From positions 1 to 63,951 of the IMG/VR virus record IMGVR_UViG_3300020593_000115: a stretch of 63,951 nucleotides of DNA; one strand, written 5' to 3'. Below the pieces are notes generated by a model. That model did no database searches and was not told where the DNA came from. It saw nothing but the letters and a program-made list of their open reading frames with translations. Positions 28,585-38,560 of the stretch are shown piece by piece. Position 1 is the first letter of the stretch. Every line of letters begins with the position of its first letter. The position numbers and the translations under genes are program-made. This DNA comes from a virus (lineage: Duplodnaviria > Caudoviricetes).

Positions 28585-29622
28585 ATGGAAAACGTTGCCT
28601 ACACGCAACAGTCAAGTGATATTGTTATAGCTAATGACAATGACGCAAACAGCTTGCCTGGACTTATTCGCAGGGCTGCGAGAACACTAGAGAGCGCCAC
28701 CAGTGCCGCTGAAGTGCTGGAGGCTAAAGAGCAGGCCGGGTTTGCTTACGACGCCGCGAAGAGGGCTGCCCGTATCGCCAAAGCAAAGGGGGCGCATGAC
28801 GAGCTAATCGCAAAAGTTCATAGGGCGCAGGCCGACGCGCTAGAGCTTGAGGCAATGGCCAAGAGGCGGCTGGCGGATGAATATGACGCCGCGCAGGAGC
28901 GGGGGGAGGTTGGCAAGCGCGGCGACTTCGGCGGTGTAACTTCCAGAGGGGAAGATACACCTACCGTTGCCGACATCGGCCTCACTCACAAGGAGATACA
29001 TGAGGCCAGACAGATCAGGGATGCCGAAACCGAAGATCCCGGCATCGTGCGTCGCACACTTGACGCACTACTGGAGGTTGGCGAGGAACCAACCAAAGCG
29101 GCGGTAAAAAGGGAAATCACAAACCACCGCGCGTTGGGCACAGGCGAAAACGAGTGGTACACGCCCTCTGAATACATCGACATGGCCCGCGCCGTGCTTG
29201 GAGAATTCGACTTGGATCCAGCCAGCAGCGAGATAGCCAATCGCACAGTTGGGGCGGCCGTATACTATACGGAAGAAGACAATGGACTCGATAAGGAGTG
29301 GCGCGGGCGAGTGTGGTGCAACCCGCCATATGCACAGCCGGCGATTTCTCACTTTGCGGAAAAGATGGCGTCGGAAGTCGAGGCCGGCAATGTGTCCGAG
29401 GCTGTCATGCTTACGCACAACTATACGGACACCAAGTGGTTTCACAGGCTGGTTTCTGCGGCAAGCGCTATCTGCTTTACAAGAGGGCGAATAAAATTTG
29501 AATCGCCGTCTGGCGCAAAGGCGGCACCAACCCAGGGACAGGCGTTTTTCTACTTCGGAGATAACCCCAATGTGTTTCGATCGGTGTTTGGCGAAGTCGG
29601 CTTCGTCGTGGAGGTGATGTGA
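28585..29622 (+). CDS. Phage DNA N6-adenine methyltransferase with an N-terminal helical extension
   Basis: EWYTP, DLDPAS, WCNPPY, GRIKF. Confidence 0.88.
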   Translation: MENVAYTQQSSDIVIANDNDANSLPGLIRRAARTLESATSAAEVLEAKEQAGFAYDAAKRAARIAKAKGAHDELIAKVHRAQADALELEAMAKRRLADEYDAAQERGEVGKRGDFGGVTSRGEDTPTVADIGLTHKEIHEARQIRDAETEDPGIVRRTLDALLEVGEEPTKAAVKREITNHRALGTGENEWYTPSEYIDMARAVLGEFDLDPASSEIANRTVGAAVYYTEEDNGLDKEWRGRVWCNPPYAQPAISHFAEKMASEVEAGNVSEAVMLTHNYTDTKWFHRLVSAASAICFTRGRIKFESPSGAKAAPTQGQAFFYFGDNPNVFRSVFGEVGFVVEVM

Positions 29623-30137
29623 TGGCGGCCATACGTCAGAAATGTTGCCATGAGTCGGGCTTCTGCTTCATGGAGGAGAACCACCCAAAGCTGGAGGATT
29701 TCGACGGCCCACACGGGACAAATCCACCTCGGAAAATACAGGGTACAGACATCGACTATTGCACCGAAGTCGATGGCTATGTGATTTTTCGTGAATTTAA
29801 ATCTCATTACGACATGTCGTGGGCGCAGGAAAAAACGCTTACGACCATCTGCGATAACGCGCCTGACAAGCATGTCGTCATGGTGATTGTTGGTGATTCC
29901 TCAAAGCGCCACGCCGAGGCGTATCGTCAGTACTTTGACGGCAAGTGGACCGAGTGGACACCGTGCACGTGGGAAGGTGCTATCGAGAAATCGCAATCCT
30001 TTGCAGATGAGGCCAAGGCCCGCTATCGAAACAAGGTTCTTTCTGCGCGCGCTAAAGCTGCATCAAACGACAACAATGCAACCGCTGATACTGCGCAAGT
30101 GACTGCGCAAGTGGCGCGCAAGTGGTGCGCAAGTTAA
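29622..30137 (+). CDS. Putative PD-(D/E)XK-fold protein
   Basis: TDID...IFREFK..MSWAQ pattern. Confidence 0.5.
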   Translation: MAAIRQKCCHESGFCFMEENHPKLEDFDGPHGTNPPRKIQGTDIDYCTEVDGYVIFREFKSHYDMSWAQEKTLTTICDNAPDKHVVMVIVGDSSKRHAEAYRQYFDGKWTEWTPCTWEGAIEKSQSFADEAKARYRNKVLSARAKAASNDNNATADTAQVTAQVARKWCAS

Positions 30138-30224
30138 CTCCGGACACAAGTGCGCAAGTGCGCAAGTGCCTATAGTACTTGCGCATACTTGTGCGCGCGC
30201 AAGTGAAGATAGAGCGACTTGCGC
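30093..30224. repeat. GCGCAAGT iteron array, probable replication origin
   Basis: 7 direct copies (30093, 30105, 30116, 30127, 30152, 30160, 30197) and 2 inverted (30177, 30217). Confidence 0.75.
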
Positions 30225-30265
30225 AATACGTCAGCGATATTGACATAATTTTGGAAGTCACCACC

Positions 30266-30802
30266 ATGTCTAAATCCACCACCGCCGCCACGACCACACA
30301 GACCGCCACCACCCGCAACAGCGGCAAGCCGACAACCCACACCCAAACCGTCCGCATCAATGGCAAGCGCGTTCGCCTGGTCACACGCAACGGCCGCGTT
30401 ACCGCTGCCCCTGCCGCTCCGTTGGAATGGGAGTTGCAGGCCGCACAGGTCCGCGCTCTCCGCGCCATGCCGGAATACGGCAAGCTGTTTCTTATGGCCG
30501 CTGATCAGAATTCGGCGAAACGCGGCCCGAAGGCTCAAGCCCAGGCCGTTGCGGCTGGCATGACGGCCGGCGAGCCAGACGTGCGGATCTATCTGCCCGG
30601 TGCTCAGCTGCGCATGTTTGAGAATAAGGTGGGCCGAGGGAAGCTTTCGCCGGCTCAGGTGGACCGCCACGCAGCACTCGCCAGACTTGGGCATCACGTT
30701 GAGGTGGTGCGCGCCACCACATGTGAAGAAGCTGCGGCTAAAGCCGTTGCGCTGGTGCGGGGATGGTTGGCGGCGAATGATAATCCGTTTGAGAAAAAAT
30801 AG
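30266..30802 (+). CDS. VRR-NUC domain nuclease
   Basis: EWELQ, GMTAGEPD, ENKVGRGKLSPAQ. Confidence 0.85.
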   Translation: MSKSTTAATTTQTATTRNSGKPTTHTQTVRINGKRVRLVTRNGRVTAAPAAPLEWELQAAQVRALRAMPEYGKLFLMAADQNSAKRGPKAQAQAVAAGMTAGEPDVRIYLPGAQLRMFENKVGRGKLSPAQVDRHAALARLGHHVEVVRATTCEEAAAKAVALVRGWLAANDNPFEKK

Positions 30803-30850
30803 GCGAATACGCATTTTGTTGTTGACGTTATATGCGCAATCGCATATAAA
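30798..30850 (+). promoter_or_regulatory. Promoter TTGACG-17-TATAAA with two operators
   Basis: ATAGGCGAATACGCAT and ATATGCGCAATCGCATAT. Confidence 0.78.
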
Positions 30851-30876
30851 TAACCCAACAACGAAGGAGACACGCG

Positions 30877-31077
30877 ATGCTTACCTACCTGCTATACACC
30901 GAAACTCGCAATGGCCGTATCGTGCAGGAGGACGTGGCTCGCTATCTCCCCGAAGAGATGGAAGCAATTTTCACAGAGGAGCAGCGTGCAGCCCTAAAGC
31001 GCGGTGAAACCATCCGGTACGGAGGCAACATTACCTACGTCGACATGATGGTCGCGGCCCGCGCTGCACGCGCCTAA
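30877..31077 (+). CDS. Small monocistronic hypothetical protein
   Basis: Has its own promoter, AAGGAG RBS and downstream terminator. Confidence 0.7.
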   Translation: MLTYLLYTETRNGRIVQEDVARYLPEEMEAIFTEEQRAALKRGETIRYGGNITYVDMMVAARAARA

Positions 31078-31102
31078 CACGACATTGAAATACCTCCAGC
31101 CT

Positions 31103-31131
31103 AACCCCGCTAGTGCGGGGTTCTTTTTTTT
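31103..31131 (+). terminator. Rho-independent terminator
   Basis: aaccccgc-tagt-gcggggtt followed by a T tract. Confidence 0.8.
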
Positions 31132-31226
31132 GTAAGCAGCCCTTTACGATCGCGCCCGATCCACCTTTTATGTTTGTAGCGCGGTGCGCTCACCACTACA
31201 CACCACCACAGATGCGGGGATTTTAC

Positions 31227-31958
31227 ATGAACCACAACAAGCATGCGCGGGCATTGAAGGGCGACGGGTCGGACTTACCGGCGCGGCAGAAATATACCAA
31301 GCACGACGGGGATGTTCATGCGCAAAAGGTAAGGCTGGCAAAACGGGCAGCTATCGGCGCGGACTGGGACGGCAAAGCCGCAAACGATAACATCTCGTGG
31401 CCGTTGGCAACTGCGCTAATCCGCGAGGGTAACACCGAACTGCTGAAGGCAGCTATGGCCTACCGGCGCATTCATGACCAAGCGTATAGCGGTGCCACGT
31501 TGGGAGGAACTGGGGTTGCAATGAGAGACGGCTTCGCTCTCGACCGGCACATTCACATTCGGCCAAACGGCACGATAGCATATAAGCACATTCGACAAAG
31601 AACGGCAGCAGAGGTCGACATCCCTGCGCGTCAGTATGTGCCCCCGTTTGACGATGATGAAACGCAGCAGCAACACAACAGCGTGAAGGTTCCGAAGGCG
31701 TGGAGCGGCGATGCGCCGGTAAACAACAAGCTAGATGCGCAGTCACGCCTTGTTGCCCTGCGAAGAAACCTTGGCGTACTGGCTGAACCGCTCGAGATGG
31801 CGGTTATTGATGGGGCGACGTATCGGGCCATTGGGAACGCGGCCGGCGTCGCAAACAAAGCGGGGGCAGAAGGAGCTGGGCGGGCGTTGGTGCACACGGC
31901 CCTTCTTGCAGTCCGCGACGCGCTGGGAAACATCAGGCGTAAAGATCTGGCGGCATGA
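31227..31958 (+). CDS. Putative late-gene regulator (Q position)
   Basis: Last gene before the late operon; C-terminal HTH-like VIDGATYRAIG. Confidence 0.5.
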   Translation: MNHNKHARALKGDGSDLPARQKYTKHDGDVHAQKVRLAKRAAIGADWDGKAANDNISWPLATALIREGNTELLKAAMAYRRIHDQAYSGATLGGTGVAMRDGFALDRHIHIRPNGTIAYKHIRQRTAAEVDIPARQYVPPFDDDETQQQHNSVKVPKAWSGDAPVNNKLDAQSRLVALRRNLGVLAEPLEMAVIDGATYRAIGNAAGVANKAGAEGAGRALVHTALLAVRDALGNIRRKDLAA

Positions 31959-32395
31959 GGTATACCTCAAACCGCCAGAATGTTGGGTAAGGGCACGGAG
32001 AATGTTCTTTAGAACAAAAACTCCAAACAGTTCCGTGCCTACAAGCTGCGGCTAAGGACGGACGCCCGGTCAGCGATGAACCGGGCGTAACTATCGGCGA
32101 GGCAGTATAGCTGAGAAGGTTGCGGTTCGTTCGTGGCCGTTCCTTGCCATCCGCCACAGGCGCGTTTCTCCTCCGCAGCCGTGGCGCATACGCTTAGTGG
32201 TTTAGCGGCGCGCGTGAATGCGCATGACCACCGGCGCAGTGCAAGGCTGCGACCAGATTCGCGCAAGACCGTGCAGGTGACTGTAACCGCGATAATCAGT
32301 CCCTGTTTGGGGTGCCTCGTCAAGCGGTTTGACGAGTGGGCTGGAGATGGTGCGGCCAGTCTTTTTATTTAGCGCATAACATTGGAGTATACGCA

Positions 32396-32710
32396 TTGGC
32401 GCATAAAGACCAGCGCAGCGCCGAAGCTGCGGAATACCGCAAGCTATACAAGACAGCGCGGTGGGCAAGGCTGCGCGATAGGGTGCTCAATGCGCGTCCT
32501 CTTTGCGTCATGTGCCACGAGCTTGATGAGGTTACCGAGGCCGACACGGTCGACCACATCAAGCCGCACAAGGGCGATGAAGCGCTGTTCTGGGACGTCG
32601 ACAACCTGCAGCCGCTATGTGCTTCGTGCCATAGCCGACACAAGCAGCGCGAGGAGCGGGGCACGGGACGTCCGGCCATAGGATTGGATGGGTACCCCGT
32701 CGAGGGGTAG
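32396..32710 (+). CDS. Terminase-associated HNH endonuclease
   Basis: CVMC..VDHIKPH..NLQPLCASCH; upstream of terS. Confidence 0.88.
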   Translation: MAHKDQRSAEAAEYRKLYKTARWARLRDRVLNARPLCVMCHELDEVTEADTVDHIKPHKGDEALFWDVDNLQPLCASCHSRHKQREERGTGRPAIGLDGYPVEG

Positions 32711-32803
32711 GGGGGGGGGCAAAAAGTCCAGGCCTCGACCTCCACGGACCGGCGGGGGAACTTTTCGCTAATGCTAATACAGTTTTTTCTATGAGGACGA
32801 CCC

Positions 32804-33268
32804 ATGGCGAAGCGCAAGGCGCGCATTGATAGCGCGACCGAAGCCGTCAAGGTTATGGCTAAGGCTGCGGATGAGATTGCGCCGCCTGAAACGGTCCCTC
32901 TTGACGATAGAGACCTTCCCTTCTTTCGGAATGTGATTTCCGAGTACGCCCGTTCGGAGTGGACGCCGCACCAGTTAGAGCTTGCCGCAATGCTGGCGCG
33001 CACAATGTCCGATTTTGTGCGCGAGCAGGATCACCTGCGGGAAGAGGGGGCGATTGCCAAGTCGGACAAAGGCACTCCTGTGGCTAACCCGCGCAAGAGC
33101 GTGGTGCAGATGTACGCGGGGAGCATTCTTTCAATTCGGCGATCGCTTGCACTACACGCCCGCGGTAAGGGCGGCGAAGCGCGCGACATTGCCAAGAGAC
33201 GGGACATTGCGAAGGATATAGAGGGCGCGAACCATCTAGAAGACGATTTGCTTGCGCGGCCAGAATAG
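32804..33268 (+). CDS. terS: Terminase small subunit
   Basis: Position; GTPVANP motif. Confidence 0.8.
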   Translation: MAKRKARIDSATEAVKVMAKAADEIAPPETVPLDDRDLPFFRNVISEYARSEWTPHQLELAAMLARTMSDFVREQDHLREEGAIAKSDKGTPVANPRKSVVQMYAGSILSIRRSLALHARGKGGEARDIAKRRDIAKDIEGANHLEDDLLARPE

Positions 33269-33309
33269 CGGTACGCGCGCGCAAGCGCGTGCGCGACCCT
33301 TGGTGATTT

Positions 33310-34866
33310 ATGGCAAAGAAGGAAATGACGCGCGGAGAACGCGTAATCGCGTTCATTGAGCGATATTGCATAGTACCGGAAGGAAACCTAATCCGCAAAA
33401 CTATGCGACTTCTGGATTTCCAGAAACAATTCATTCTTGACATTTATGACAATCCGAAGAGGACGTCGCGCGCATACCTTTCGATTGCTCGTAAAAACGG
33501 AAAAACTGGCCTCATAGCGGCGCTTGTTCTGGCGCATATTGTTGGCCCGGAGGCATACCCGAATAGTAGCATTGTTTCCGGCGCCCGCACGCGTGATCAG
33601 GCGGCGCAGGTTTTCAACTACGCGGCCAAAATGATTTGGATGTCGCCGGAGTTGTCAAAACTCGCGCGCGTCATCCCCTCTGGCAAGAAGATTATCGGTC
33701 TTGCCAAGAACGTTGAATACAAGGCTATTTCGGCCGAGGCGGCAAGTGCGCACGGCGGCTCGCCGATTTTGGCCATTCTGGATGAGGTGGGCCAGGTTAA
33801 AGGCCCGACGGACGCCTTTATCGAAGCCATCGAGACTTCGCAAGGCGCATATGAGGGAAAATCCCTCCTGATCGCCATTTCTACGCAGGCGGCTACGGAT
33901 AACGACCTGTTTTCGCGCTGGATTGACGACGCGGAAAGGTCGAAAGATCCGACCATTGTTAGTCACGTCTACGCTGCGCCAGAAGATTGCGACTTGCAGG
34001 ACCGGGAGGCGTGGAAGGCGGCAAATCCAGCGCTCGGCGTGTTTCGTGCCGAGAAGGACATTGAAACTTTTGCGGCGCGTGCGGCGCGTGAGCCTACGGT
34101 TGAGCCAAGTTTTCGCTGGCTGTTCCTGAATCAGCGTATTGACGCCTCGGCGCCGTTTGTTTCGCCGGCCGTTTGGCGAGCCTGCGATGGTCCAGTTGAT
34201 GACTTTGACGGCCTGCCGGTGTTTGGTGGCCTGGACTTGTCGGAAGTGTCTGACTTGACGGCGCTTGTACTCATGGCACCGAAGGATGGCCTTTGGCATG
34301 TCAAGCCGACGTTCTGGTTGCCGGGGGATGGCTTGCGGGAGAAGGCTCACGCCGACCGCGTTCCCTACGATGTTTGGCATAACGAAGGCTTGCTTGAGAC
34401 CACACCGGGGCCGACCGTCGATTATGAGTTTGTCGCGGCGCACCTTTACGAGCTTTCGCAGAAGCTGGACATACGCAAGATTGCGTTCGACCGATGGAAC
34501 TGGCGGCATTTGAAGCCGTGGCTCCTGCAGGCTGGCTTTGATGACGCGCAGGTTGATGGCGACAATGCGATATTTGAGCCATTCGGGCAGGGATACGCGT
34601 CAATGTCCCCGGCATTGCGTGACCTTGAGAGCCTGATCCTCAACAAGAAGATCGCTCACGGCGGCCATCCGGTCCTAACCATGTGCATGATGAATGCAAC
34701 GGTGCGGCCGGACCCTTCGGGAAACCGCAGATTGGACAAATCTAAGTCGCGCGGCCGCATAGACGGTGCCGTTGCGCTTGCGATGGCTGCTTCGATGGCC
34801 GGCACGTACGAGCCAGAAGCCGATGTCGGCGACTTCGTCAACAACATGATTACAATTACGTGGTGA
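33310..34866 (+). CDS. terL: Terminase large subunit
   Basis: IARKNGKT, ILDE, GLDLS, RIDGAVA. Confidence 0.95.
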   Translation: MAKKEMTRGERVIAFIERYCIVPEGNLIRKTMRLLDFQKQFILDIYDNPKRTSRAYLSIARKNGKTGLIAALVLAHIVGPEAYPNSSIVSGARTRDQAAQVFNYAAKMIWMSPELSKLARVIPSGKKIIGLAKNVEYKAISAEAASAHGGSPILAILDEVGQVKGPTDAFIEAIETSQGAYEGKSLLIAISTQAATDNDLFSRWIDDAERSKDPTIVSHVYAAPEDCDLQDREAWKAANPALGVFRAEKDIETFAARAAREPTVEPSFRWLFLNQRIDASAPFVSPAVWRACDGPVDDFDGLPVFGGLDLSEVSDLTALVLMAPKDGLWHVKPTFWLPGDGLREKAHADRVPYDVWHNEGLLETTPGPTVDYEFVAAHLYELSQKLDIRKIAFDRWNWRHLKPWLLQAGFDDAQVDGDNAIFEPFGQGYASMSPALRDLESLILNKKIAHGGHPVLTMCMMNATVRPDPSGNRRLDKSKSRGRIDGAVALAMAASMAGTYEPEADVGDFVNNMITITW

Positions 34867-34875
34867 GGGCGGCAT

Positions 34876-36135
34876 ATGGCCTGGTGGGATAAATGGCTGG
34901 GCAGGTCGATAGACCTGAATTCTCAGTCGGCGCCGTTCTGGCGAGGCTTTTTTGGCGGCGAGACGACTAGCGGTGAGGTGGTTAATTACGATCGCGCCAT
35001 GCAGTTGGATGCGGTTTGGGCGTGTACCAGGACTATTCGGGATGCAATAAGCCTCCTGCCGTGCGATGTATTCGAGAATGACGAAAAGGTTTCGAAAGAC
35101 GACGACCTTTACGTGCTCTTGGATAAGCGGCCCAACATGGACGACACCGCCCCGGAGTTTTGGGGCATGGTTGCCGACTGCCTGTGTTTTGACGGAAATT
35201 TCTTTGCCGAAAAGAAGTACGTCGGGCGCCGACTGGTTGCGCTTGAGCCTCTTTCTCCGAACTGCGTTGACGTCAAGCGGGACAAGAGTAACAGCCGTTA
35301 CTACGAAGTCTCCGAGCCGATGACCGCCGACGGCAAAAAGGGTGGAGTTCGCAAGATTACCGAAGATAGAATGTTCCACGTTCGCGGCATGGTATTGCCG
35401 GGCTGCGATCGTGGCGTCTCCCCCATAGGGGCGCTTCGGAATGTCATCGGCAACGCCCTGGCCGGCGAGAAATCGTCGGGTCGGGTCTATAAGAAGGGCC
35501 TGATTTCGACGGTGTTCCTGGCGTCGGATCAGGTTCTCAAGCCGGAGCAGCGCAAGCAGATAGGCGAGACACTTGGCGCCTTTACTGGCGCCGATAATGC
35601 CGGTGGCATAGCTGTGCTGGAGGCGGGCCTGACGCCACACTCAATCAGTATCAACCCGAAGGACGCGCAGCTTCTTGAGGCGCGTCAGTACAGCGTCGAG
35701 CAGATTTGCCGCATCTTCGGGGTGCCTCCGGTCATGATCGGACACGCAGCGAACGGTACGACGACGTGGGGCAGTGGTATTGAGCAATTGATACTGCAGT
35801 TTTACAAGTCGTGCCTGCTTCCAATGACGGAGCGCATTGAGGCGGCGATCTACCGGGACATTCTGGACGAGAAAACGCGCAAGACTCGCAAGGTGAAGTT
35901 CAATTTCGACGCGTACCTCGAGGGCGATAGCGTTGCGCAGGCCGAATACCTTACGAAGGCGTCCGGCGGCCCGTTCATGACCCAAAACGAGGCCCGCGCG
36001 AAGAAGGGACTTAAGCCGCAGCCCGGCGGCGATCAGCTGCTTGCGCAAGGCGCCATGGTTCCGGTCGACAGGCTCGGCCAGGAACCCACGCAAGACCAGC
36101 CGCAACCGGCTACGCAACAGCCACGCGCTGCATAA
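34876..36135 (+). CDS. HK97-family portal protein
   Basis: AVWAC, GVSPI, ICRIFGVPP, TQNEAR. Confidence 0.95.
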   Translation: MAWWDKWLGRSIDLNSQSAPFWRGFFGGETTSGEVVNYDRAMQLDAVWACTRTIRDAISLLPCDVFENDEKVSKDDDLYVLLDKRPNMDDTAPEFWGMVADCLCFDGNFFAEKKYVGRRLVALEPLSPNCVDVKRDKSNSRYYEVSEPMTADGKKGGVRKITEDRMFHVRGMVLPGCDRGVSPIGALRNVIGNALAGEKSSGRVYKKGLISTVFLASDQVLKPEQRKQIGETLGAFTGADNAGGIAVLEAGLTPHSISINPKDAQLLEARQYSVEQICRIFGVPPVMIGHAANGTTTWGSGIEQLILQFYKSCLLPMTERIEAAIYRDILDEKTRKTRKVKFNFDAYLEGDSVAQAEYLTKASGGPFMTQNEARAKKGLKPQPGGDQLLAQGAMVPVDRLGQEPTQDQPQPATQQPRAA

Positions 36136-36147
36136 GGGAAAGCAACA

Positions 36148-37272
36148 GTGAAATTTGAGCATCTAGTCTCGGCATTTCTGGCCGAGCCCTGGGCGATTCA
36201 GCGCGAAAAGCTCGGCATGCTGGCCGATGTCATCGTTGCGAGGGCTGAGGGCGAAAAACTCGTTACGTCGGAAATGGCCGCTGCCATTACCGACGCGCGC
36301 GCTAAGGAAATCGCTGAAACAGACGGCAAAGTGGCGGTTATTCCGGTTTACGGCGTACTTTCGCACAAAATGGACCTTATGTCCGCCATGTCGGGCGGCA
36401 CGAGCTACGCCGGCATCAAGAAGTCGCTGCATGCGGCGCTGGCAAACGAGGACGTCAAGGCCGTTGTGCTGGATATCGACAGTCCCGGCGGTTCTGTGCC
36501 CGGCACAGACGAGCTTGCGACGGAGATTCGGCGCATCCGCGGCGGCGAAAAGCCGATCGTGGCGCAGGTTAACAGCCTTGCGGCGTCTGCCGCGTACTGG
36601 ATTGCGTCTAGCGCCGATGAAATTGTTGTGACTCCCTCGGGCCGCGCTGGTTCGATTGGCGTTTATACGGCGCATGACGACATTTCCGCGGCGCTGGAAA
36701 AGCGCGGCATCAAGCGCACGTACATTTCGGCCGGCAAATACAAGGTCGAAGGGAACGAAACCGAGCCTCTTGGCAAGGATGCGCTGGCGCACATTCAGGA
36801 CAGCGTAAATCATTCCTATAAGAAGTTCGTTGCGGCTGTAGCCGAAGGGCGCGGCACAACTGTTGGCAAGGTTGAGGACGGCTACGGGCAGGGCCGCGTG
36901 TTTTACGCGCAGGCGCTCATGGACCGCGGCATGGTCGACGGTGTTGCAACGCTGGACGAGACACTGGAGCGCTTCGGCGCCGATACGCAGCCGGCATATG
37001 TGCGGCGCGTGAAGGCTTCCAACGAGGCGCGGGCACAGGACGCGCAAACGCTGGTGGCTAAACTACGCGCCGGCGAACCGATTACGAAACGCGAGTTTGA
37101 AAACGGCCTCAAGGGTCTTGCTGGTCTTTCAAACTCGGAGGCAGAGCGAGCCGCATCGCTTTACCTCAAGGAACGTCAGGGGGATCCTGATGCTGATGCG
37201 GATGCTGCTGTTTCGGCGGCCCTAGATCGGCTGATAGCCGAAACGAAATCATTCACAATCAACGCCAGTTAA
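36148..37272 (+). CDS. S49 family prohead protease
   Basis: IDSPGG, AASAAYWIAS, GSIGV, AGKYK. Confidence 0.92.
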   Translation: MKFEHLVSAFLAEPWAIQREKLGMLADVIVARAEGEKLVTSEMAAAITDARAKEIAETDGKVAVIPVYGVLSHKMDLMSAMSGGTSYAGIKKSLHAALANEDVKAVVLDIDSPGGSVPGTDELATEIRRIRGGEKPIVAQVNSLAASAAYWIASSADEIVVTPSGRAGSIGVYTAHDDISAALEKRGIKRTYISAGKYKVEGNETEPLGKDALAHIQDSVNHSYKKFVAAVAEGRGTTVGKVEDGYGQGRVFYAQALMDRGMVDGVATLDETLERFGADTQPAYVRRVKASNEARAQDAQTLVAKLRAGEPITKREFENGLKGLAGLSNSEAERAASLYLKERQGDPDADADAAVSAALDRLIAETKSFTINAS

Positions 37273-37291
37273 TCCCCGAAAGGATACATTC

Positions 37292-38509
37292 ATGGCTGAT
37301 AGTACCGCTCTCGCCGAGAAGATCGGCGAGCTTGGCCAGTCTTTGGCCTCCATCAAGGAGCAGGTCGGCAACCTCGCTTCCGATTTCACCGCAAAGCTTG
37401 AGTCCGCTGGTTCGGTTTCGGCCGAGGCGAAGGACAAGGTTGACCAGGCGCTTACCGAGCTTGGCGAGACCATCACCCGCGTTGGAGAGCTAGAGAAGCG
37501 CGCTGCCCGCGAGAAGGATGTCGTTGAGGCAGGCTTCAAGGATCTTGGCGACTACCTGGTTGAGTCCGAGCAGTTCAAGGCTATGGATAAGCATGGCCGT
37601 GGCTCCATCCGCGTTGCCGTTGAACATGCCGACATCACCTCGGCTAATGGCACGGTAGGCGCCGGCCGTTCGGCTGGTACGTCGCTGGTTCCCGGCCACC
37701 GCGTTCCCGGCATTATCACGCCGGCTCTGCGCACGCTGACGATTCGCGACTTGCTCGCTGCTGGTCAGACGTCCAGCAACAGCGTTGAGTACGTCAAGGA
37801 AACGGGCTTCACCAACAACGCCCGCCCGGTGACGGAAACCACGACCAAGCCGAAGTCGGACCTGACGTTCAACCTGTACACCTCGCCGGTTCGCACCATC
37901 GCACATATCTTCAAGGCTTCCCGCCAGATCATGGACGATGCTCCCGGCCTGGCCTCGTACATCAACGCTCGTGGCACCTACGGCCTGAAGTACGTCGAGG
38001 AGCAGCAGCTTCTTAACGGCAACGGCAGCGGCCAGAACCTGAATGGCCTTGTCCCGCAGGCTACCGCGTTTGCTCCGGCATTCAATGCTGCGGACGAAAC
38101 CGCCATTGACCGCCTACGCCTTGCCATCCTGCAGGTTGTGCTCGCCGAGTACCCGGCCACCGGCTTCGTGCTCAACCCGATTGACTGGGCGCGTGTTGAA
38201 CTGACGAAGGACGGCGAAGGCCGTTACATCGTCGGTAATGCGATTTCGCCGATCGGCCCGTCTCTTTGGGGTCTGCCGGTTGTTGCTACGCAGGCTATGG
38301 CTGCCGGCGAGTTCCTTACGGGCGCCTTCAACCTTGGTGCGCAGATTTTCGACCGCATGGGCGTCGAGGTTCTTCTTTCGACCGAGAACTCGGACGACTT
38401 CGAGAAGAACATGGTGACCATCCGCGTCGAGGAGCGGCTTGCGTTTGTCGTGACGCGTCCTGAGTCCTTTGTGACCGGCGACGTCGACACCCTGACGACC
38501 GCAGAGTAA
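37292..38509 (+). CDS. HK97-fold major capsid protein
   Basis: N-terminal coiled-coil delta domain; LWGLPVV, FEKNMVTIRVEERL. Confidence 0.95.
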   Translation: MADSTALAEKIGELGQSLASIKEQVGNLASDFTAKLESAGSVSAEAKDKVDQALTELGETITRVGELEKRAAREKDVVEAGFKDLGDYLVESEQFKAMDKHGRGSIRVAVEHADITSANGTVGAGRSAGTSLVPGHRVPGIITPALRTLTIRDLLAAGQTSSNSVEYVKETGFTNNARPVTETTTKPKSDLTFNLYTSPVRTIAHIFKASRQIMDDAPGLASYINARGTYGLKYVEEQQLLNGNGSGQNLNGLVPQATAFAPAFNAADETAIDRLRLAILQVVLAEYPATGFVLNPIDWARVELTKDGEGRYIVGNAISPIGPSLWGLPVVATQAMAAGEFLTGAFNLGAQIFDRMGVEVLLSTENSDDFEKNMVTIRVEERLAFVVTRPESFVTGDVDTLTTAE

Positions 38510-38517
38510 TCCATTAT

Positions 38518-38548
38518 GTGGGCGGGCTAGCCCCGCCCACCTTCTTAT
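38518..38548 (+). terminator. Hairpin after the capsid gene
   Basis: gtgggcggg-ctagc-cccgcccac with a weak U tail. Confidence 0.55.
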
Positions 38549-38560
38549 CTGGAAAACAGC

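Noticed and set aside
30093-30224. Repeat array as a CRISPR locus linked to the Cas4-like gene
   Set aside because: The units are 8 bp with no unique spacers, there is no cas1/cas2, and solo Cas4-like nucleases are common in phage recombination modules.
31960-32390. tRNA gene in the late leader
   Set aside because: No convincing cloverleaf with a T-loop and acceptor stem.
32700-32790. Exact cos site between the HNH gene and terS
   Set aside because: The position and G-run are suggestive, but the cohesive end cannot be defined from sequence alone.
34675-37047. Long antisense ORFs (34675-35640, 36163-37047; also 9259-10134, 33655-34509, 45725-46570)
   Set aside because: They are shadows of well-supported genes in GC-rich DNA and have no recognisable motifs.
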